Shown in pieces: positions 59,205-64,000 of a stretch of DNA of 64,000 bases. Each line of letters begins with the position of its first letter. Within the stretch, counting starts at the first letter, position 1. Both the position numbers and the translations under genes were made by a program. The DNA lies in IMG/VR virus record IMGVR_UViG_3300037043_000022; one strand, written 5' to 3'. The DNA comes from an uncultured virus (IMG/VR IMGVR_UViG_3300037043_000022) (lineage: Duplodnaviria > Heunggongvirae > Uroviricota > Caudoviricetes). The notes below the pieces were generated by a model. The model was not told where the DNA came from. It saw only the letters and a program-made list of their open reading frames with translations, and did not search any database.

Positions 59205-59292
59205 ACATTACGTACCGTTGGAAGGAGCTGATAATGGCATTGTTAAAGGCAAATTATAAACATTACGTACCGTTGGAAGGAGCTGATAATGG
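59126..59292 (+). repeat. three exact 55-bp tandem copies
   Basis: ggcattgttaaaggcaaattataaacattacgtaccgttggaaggagctgataat at 59126, 59181, 59236. Confidence 0.95.
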
Positions 59293-59543
59293 GAAACGAC
59301 ATTAATTTGAACAAAGTCGTTAATAAGTTGGTCGGACCCATCAATCCGGTTGGTGAAACGAACGAGGATGATGTGAGATTTGAAAATCTCAAACAAATGA
59401 CGCACCTCATAGATCATTTGTTATTCGCCATTGCTATAATATCTAAAGACAAAGAATCAGAATTGTTTTCAGTCCGTCGGGCTGGTTTATTTGCAGATGA
59501 ATTTATACGAGCAACGGCACAAGCCATCGCAGATGATGAATGA
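59289..59543 (+). CDS. conserved phage hypothetical protein
   Basis: KLVGPINPVGETNEDDVRFENL. Confidence 0.65.
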   Translation: MGNDINLNKVVNKLVGPINPVGETNEDDVRFENLKQMTHLIDHLLFAIAIISKDKESELFSVRRAGLFADEFIRATAQAIADDE

Positions 59544-59555
59544 AAAGGATAGAAC

Positions 59556-60260
59556 ATGCATTGGATGATGGAAGTGACCGATAAACAGTTGCAGGACGTG
59601 TTTCGAGCCGTAAGAAGCATAGATGATGTCCATGCTTCAATGAAAGACAAAAAAATTGTCAAGAAATTACTGGATGATGACATAGATTTATATGAGACGC
59701 TTGCGCATTTAGATAAACAATTCCCCGCAATTTGTATGGCCGCAGTAAAACAGAATGGCCATGCACTCTTATTTATCAAAGAACAGACGCCAGAATTATG
59801 TTTAGCGGCAGTAAAACAGAATTGTTGGGCACTTGAATATGTCAAAGAACAGACGCCTGAATTATGTATGGCAGCAGTGAAGCAGGATGAATTCGTCCAC
59901 TGTTTCCATTTTGTCAAAGAACAGACGCCAGAGATATGTATGGCGGCAATAAAACAAAATGGTCGGGCACTTCAATGGATCAAAGAGCAGACACCAGAAA
60001 TGTGTATGATGGCAGTAAAACGACATGGCCCAGTACTTGAATATGTTAAATGTTCTGCGAACAACAAAGGGCAGACGCCAGAAATATGCATGGCAGCAGT
60101 AAAACAAGACGGTTATGCACTCAAATATGTCATAGAACAGACACCAGAGATATGTATGGCGGCAATAAAACAAAATGGTCGGGCATTTGAATTCGTCAAG
60201 AATGAAAAGCTTCGTACATCATTGAGAAAAGCAGGGATAGGAGCAGAACCCTCATGTTAG
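59556..60260 (+). CDS. DUF4116-type repeat protein with MHW leader (one CSANNK insert)
   Basis: MHWMMEVTDKQLQDV plus about 7 repeats. Confidence 0.87.
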   Translation: MHWMMEVTDKQLQDVFRAVRSIDDVHASMKDKKIVKKLLDDDIDLYETLAHLDKQFPAICMAAVKQNGHALLFIKEQTPELCLAAVKQNCWALEYVKEQTPELCMAAVKQDEFVHCFHFVKEQTPEICMAAIKQNGRALQWIKEQTPEMCMMAVKRHGPVLEYVKCSANNKGQTPEICMAAVKQDGYALKYVIEQTPEICMAAIKQNGRAFEFVKNEKLRTSLRKAGIGAEPSC

Positions 60261-60435
60261 TCGCTTTTATAGCAATGTCAATTTTGTTTGTATTTATTAC
60301 ATATGACGAAATAAGACACAGCAAATGCGAGATGTGTGGGAGACCGTTCAGGCGGGTTAGATATACGGTGAAAACGGATAGGACGCGTCACGTCTGTCCG
60401 CGTTGTTACCAACGATTCTTTTGAGGAGACAAATC

Positions 60436-60846
60436 ATGGCCGATGAATTAACTGCGACTGCGACGTTCGAACAACGAATGAAAGACCGGATTAGAGCCTC
60501 CATCGGGGATTGTTTAAGCGATGAGGACATCATGAAGTTGATCACACGCAGCATGGAAGAACTATTCTTTAATGAGAGAAGGACTCAAAGTTCTTCTTGG
60601 AGCGAAACTAAGATCTTACCACCGCTCGCTCATGAATTGGTGTCAAATTTGATGAAAGAACGAATGGACATTTTGTTGAGAAAATGGCTGGATGACAATC
60701 ATGCAAAAGTTGAAGAAACCATGCAGGAGGTCATCCGCAATGGTGCTGGAGCAGCACTCTTAACCGGCATGAACAATTTTTTCAAACATGCGCTTAATGA
60801 TTTCGCCATGCAGGTTACTGATAATCTTAAAACAATAGGAAGGTGA
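60436..60846 (+). CDS. hypothetical protein
   Basis: GAGGAG RBS before MADEL. Confidence 0.65.
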   Translation: MADELTATATFEQRMKDRIRASIGDCLSDEDIMKLITRSMEELFFNERRTQSSSWSETKILPPLAHELVSNLMKERMDILLRKWLDDNHAKVEETMQEVIRNGAGAALLTGMNNFFKHALNDFAMQVTDNLKTIGR

Positions 60847-60849
60847 CAT

Positions 60850-61212
60850 ATGGACGAACGAAATAAGATCGCCGCATTAAAATCATTAGATGACATGTTA
60901 AAATTAGAACGTGATTGGGATGGATATGGGTCAGAAGCACCAAATATAATTGCGGTCGATTTAGCAAAGAGAACAATCATGTCTGCGTACGAGAAAACGT
61001 TCCCTTGGACTAACGTCTTAGCAAGTGTACAAGAAGGCGTAGCGATATCATTCACCACACCCTCAAATAAAACATATGCATATGTTGAGACTTACAATGT
61101 TGGTGAAATTACTGCACTCGTCTGTGTGAATGGTCAAATCCGGAGTTGGGACATCCCTCCTGCTGAGTTAGATCAACATATAGAAAACATACGGAATGCA
61201 ATTCTCAGATAA
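60850..61212 (+). CDS. conserved hypothetical protein (L..DWDGYG..AP family)
   Basis: LERDWDGYGSEAP. Confidence 0.65.
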   Translation: MDERNKIAALKSLDDMLKLERDWDGYGSEAPNIIAVDLAKRTIMSAYEKTFPWTNVLASVQEGVAISFTTPSNKTYAYVETYNVGEITALVCVNGQIRSWDIPPAELDQHIENIRNAILR

Positions 61213-61216
61213 AACA

Positions 61217-61244
61217 TTGACGACAACGGAACCAGTATTAAAAA
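61217..61244 (+). promoter_or_regulatory. putative promoter TTGACG-N16-TAAAAA
   Basis: Intergenic; resembles the 17137 and 32648 sites. Confidence 0.35.
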
Positions 61245-61279
61245 ATGAGAAGAATGCAGCAATTTTGGAGGGTTAAGAC

Positions 61280-61747
61280 ATGTTAAGCGAGCATGAATTG
61301 GTTGTTAAAGTCAGAATAGAATTATACCCAACCGCTAAAAAAGTCAATGACACTTGCGAGGCACTATTCAATACCTCCTTCAAACAAGCGATAGGACCGA
61401 CTGGGGTAACTGGAACAAACGAGTTGGCGTGGACCGTTCATTATCTGAGATCAGCGGCGGGCATGCTTGAACGGATTGGTGCTGCCGGAGATCTTGTTGA
61501 TGTGTCTACCGAAACTATAGAAGAATTATACAAAATTGCCGTAGGTCTCGACAGGACTTGTCATTCGTTATTTGAACAGCACATTTATCCAGGATGTCCG
61601 CCAACTGGAGTAGGCGGATCAAGCAGATTGGACTTTACCGCCGGTTATCTTAAATCATCGGCAAGCATGCTCGAACGCATTGGAGGTGATAAAGGTTTTG
61701 TTGAAAAACAAGCGCAATGGGAACGGGGAGTGGACGATTTGTACTGA
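61280..61747 (+). CDS. protein made of two internal repeats
   Basis: ELY..A.....TC..LF.......PTGV.G...L..T..YL.S.A.MLERIG occurs twice. Confidence 0.7.
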   Translation: MLSEHELVVKVRIELYPTAKKVNDTCEALFNTSFKQAIGPTGVTGTNELAWTVHYLRSAAGMLERIGAAGDLVDVSTETIEELYKIAVGLDRTCHSLFEQHIYPGCPPTGVGGSSRLDFTAGYLKSSASMLERIGGDKGFVEKQAQWERGVDDLY

Positions 61748-61783
61748 ATTATCGGTGTGATTTGATGTGCAAGGAGATAAAAC

Positions 61784-62401
61784 ATGCATTGGCTCTCTGA
61801 GGTGACTAAAGAACAATTGAATGACGTGATCCAGGCAGTGAGGAAGATTGATGATAATCATAAAAACATGGAGGACGAAATGATCGTTGAGCAATTATTG
61901 AATGATAAAGTGTCTTTATATTCCTTCTGGTGTGATGTACTTAAACATTTAGATAAACAATTTCCTGAAATATGCATAACGGCGGTACGAGAAGACTGTA
62001 ATGCACTTCAATATGTCAAGGAACAGACGCCAGAAATGTGTATAGCAGCAGTGCAACGAATTGGTTGGGCACTTCGATATGTCAGAGAGCAGACGCCAGA
62101 AATGTGTATAGCAGCAGTGCAATGGGATGGTTCGGCACTTGAATACGTCAAAGAACAGACGCCAGAAATCTGTCTGGCAGCAGTAAAACAAAATAATGAC
62201 GCGCTTGGGCATATCAGAGATGAGAAATTAAGAGGGATAGTTGGACAAATGTTGGTTGGCCACGTGAGCGAAATTAAGCGAGCTTTCATATACAATGGCA
62301 ATGTCTTCTGTTCCTTACAGGAGGCGAGGGCGGCGAAGAAAGAACATGAGTCGAAAAATAAAGACGAAGAATTACTCATTGAGCACATCGTTATTGGTTA
62401 G
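61784..62401 (+). CDS. DUF4116-type repeat protein with MHW leader
   Basis: MHWLSEVTKEQLNDV plus about 4 repeats. Confidence 0.87.
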   Translation: MHWLSEVTKEQLNDVIQAVRKIDDNHKNMEDEMIVEQLLNDKVSLYSFWCDVLKHLDKQFPEICITAVREDCNALQYVKEQTPEMCIAAVQRIGWALRYVREQTPEMCIAAVQWDGSALEYVKEQTPEICLAAVKQNNDALGHIRDEKLRGIVGQMLVGHVSEIKRAFIYNGNVFCSLQEARAAKKEHESKNKDEELLIEHIVIG

Positions 62402-62877
62402 TCCGCTAGCAATTTGGGGAGCGTAGAAACATGACGAGACTAGATATGCAGATGCCGGGGATATTGACGAAAAGGCGAAAGGACATAGTGTAAAGAACGA
62501 GAGAATTGTGAATTTCAGCACTGGTGCATGACATGTGCAGGAAGACGCAGAGAGCAGTTGGGCTAGGGGAGGGAAGAAGAAATGGCAAGCAAATGGGTCA
62601 CGAGCAGGGCAAAGGGCGAAAAGACGAGCGATTACAATCGTCGTGCCCACGCCAATCACGTCGATCGCGGCGTGTCGGCAAAGAAGTCATCCGGAAATTG
62701 GCTGTCCAAGGCCGATTACGAGGCTAAGACCGGCCGGCCCGGTAGGTAACCGTAGAAAGGGGGAATGATGGCCGTCATTGCAGTCGTCGTAGCCATGTTT
62801 AAGTCGTTAATAATGCTTGGTTTAGCGTTGTGCGTACTCAGTTTCATCGCCGGAACGTTAATTAATTAACAATTTCC

Positions 62878-62913
62878 AAATGCAGGGGTTATAGCCAGCC
62901 CCTGCATTTTTTT
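62878..62913 (+). terminator. intrinsic terminator
   Basis: aaatgcagggg-N10-cccctgcattt plus T run. Confidence 0.7.
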
Positions 62914-62950
62914 AGGAAACGTGAGGGAGAACCAGACAAGGAGAAAACGC

Positions 62951-63160
62951 ATGAATGAGAAAGAAAAAGAATTGGCAAAGTCTGGGACGGCGACCGCCGC
63001 CGGGGCAGCAGCGGGGGCGACCGTTGCCGCCATCGTTGGGCGTGGTGGTCTTGTCATCGGTGGGACTGCCATTGCGGTCACGGCTGCTCCCGTCATCATC
63101 GCAGGTGCGATAACAGGCTTGGCCGTCTATGGCCTTGGCAAAACATTCAAATGGTGGTAA
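62951..63160 (+). CDS. small Gly/Ala-rich hydrophobic (glycine-zipper-like) protein
   Basis: AAGGAG RBS; GAAAGATVAAIVG...GAITGLAVYGLG. Confidence 0.7.
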   Translation: MNEKEKELAKSGTATAAGAAAGATVAAIVGRGGLVIGGTAIAVTAAPVIIAGAITGLAVYGLGKTFKWW

Positions 63161-63360
63161 ATGAGAAGTGGTGATAAGAACGCGGCGATACGGTAATTAC
63201 CGTAAGATTACTGTCGTCTTGTTTGGTGAAGATAGCAAGCAAGTGAAATTCCTCGACGATAAAATCAAGTCCAGTCCACACGGGTCTGAAGAGAAGGTAA
63301 TTGCAGACGAACGACAAGTGTTACATATGCTTGCGTCATTGCAAACGCTAGGAGAAAACA

Positions 63361-63747
63361 ATGAAGATTGAGCAAGTTGAAGAATATAATGATCTAAGAA
63401 TCGGCGATCACGTAACGCACATTGAAGATAGCGGTTTCAAAGAGGGTGTGCCTCAACGAAAACGGATAGCATCAATCAAAATTATCGAATGGAATGAAGA
63501 AGAACAGCGGCGACTGCAAGAATCAAAAATTTCCACATATTTCCGTTTTACTGATGGCACAATAGCAAGCTCATTTCATCGCGTTCAAAAACGAGCAATT
63601 GAGAAATGTTATAGTTGCGGGAAATTGTCCTTTAATTTAGGTAATTGCCCTAAATGTGGTAAGACGTTTTGTCATGACTGCGTACCACGCTTTACGCCTC
63701 TTAGGCAAGATGATAAATGTTGTAGTCGCTTCGTTAAGGAGGTGTGA
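63361..63747 (+). CDS. hypothetical protein with Cys-rich C-terminus
   Basis: CYSC, CPKC, CHDC. Confidence 0.6.
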   Translation: MKIEQVEEYNDLRIGDHVTHIEDSGFKEGVPQRKRIASIKIIEWNEEEQRRLQESKISTYFRFTDGTIASSFHRVQKRAIEKCYSCGKLSFNLGNCPKCGKTFCHDCVPRFTPLRQDDKCCSRFVKEV

Positions 63748-63748
63748 G

Positions 63749-64000
63749 ATGAGTGGCGGAAGTTGGAACTACGTCAGCAACACATTCGAAGATGTGGCAA
63801 AAGAGCTTATGTCAAGCGAAGCCCCAGAGAGAGTCGCCCTAGGGCAGATCATACTTCCGATTGCGGATGCTCTACACGCCATCGAGTGGGCAGATAGCGG
63901 AGATTGTGCCGCTGGCAGCGAAAAGGAGGCCATCTTAAAAGCGCTTGGGCCACTGGCGACGACCGCACCTCTTCAGATCAACATTGATAGATTGGCAAAT
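63749..64000 (+). CDS. hypothetical protein, truncated by the window end
   Basis: AAGGAGGT RBS; MSGGSWNY...LHAIEWADSGD. Confidence 0.65.
   Translation, partial: MSGGSWNYVSNTFEDVAKELMSSEAPERVALGQIILPIADALHAIEWADSGDCAAGSEKEAILKALGPLATTAPLQINIDRLAN

Noticed and set aside
1560..62215. DUF4116 66-bp repeats or the 55-bp repeat as a CRISPR array
   Set aside because: Units are contiguous with no unique spacers, the 66-bp units are coding and in frame, and no cas genes are present.
1391..62401. Diversity-generating retroelement driving the repeat variation
   Set aside because: No reverse transcriptase or non-coding template repeat in the window. Some variation fits A-to-N (aat/gat/tat/cat), but I could not show it is adenine-restricted. 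An RT elsewhere in the genome cannot be excluded.
779..63099. Minus-strand ORFs in the track (e.g. 5762-6655, 10694-11446, 27677-28312)
   Set aside because: They are antisense shadows of well-supported + strand genes or repeats, with no recognisable motifs.
1..64000. Eukaryotic giant virus or bacterial chromosome origin
   Set aside because: DUF4116 also occurs in such genomes, but strong Shine-Dalgarno sites, coupled genes, a sigma-like factor, single-strand dense small ORFs and no housekeeping operons favour a large phage. A megaplasmid is not strictly excluded because no virion genes are in the window.

Overview
This 64-kb window is most consistent with an accessory/early region of a very large (jumbo-type) bacteriophage. 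It carries well over 100 short, densely packed genes, all on the + strand, with strong AGGAG-type RBSs and standard genetic code. I found no structural, rRNA, tRNA or CRISPR genes. Recognisable genes: a Ycf46-like AAA ATPase with DUF1257- and DUF2997-like partners, a nucleotidyltransferase, a Zn deaminase, an SPL-like radical SAM protein, a WGR protein, NAD-dependent DNA ligase, a stand-alone ATP-ligase adenylation domain, a sigma factor with a Zn-ribbon insert, a HAD phosphatase, an HD (Mesh1/SpoT-like) hydrolase next to a DksA/TraR Zn finger, and a Type ISP-like nuclease-helicase-methyltransferase. The most unusual observations are: (1) 16 DUF4116-type 22-aa repeat genes plus 3 remnants, most with a conserved ~45-aa N-terminal leader that also occurs on three divergent proteins, suggesting a constant-dock plus variable-solenoid adaptor family; (2) two intact hammerhead ribozymes flanking a small ORF, plus a degenerate third; (3) repeated duplication of gene 3' ends around inserted gene cassettes, including a synonymously diverged second ligase tail; (4) an identical 20-bp palindrome-containing segment in frame in unrelated genes; (5) a shared C-terminal R-x-L-x-L peptide; (6) a GC-rich structured intergenic RNA candidate. 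All family assignments come from motif recognition by eye, not from database searches.
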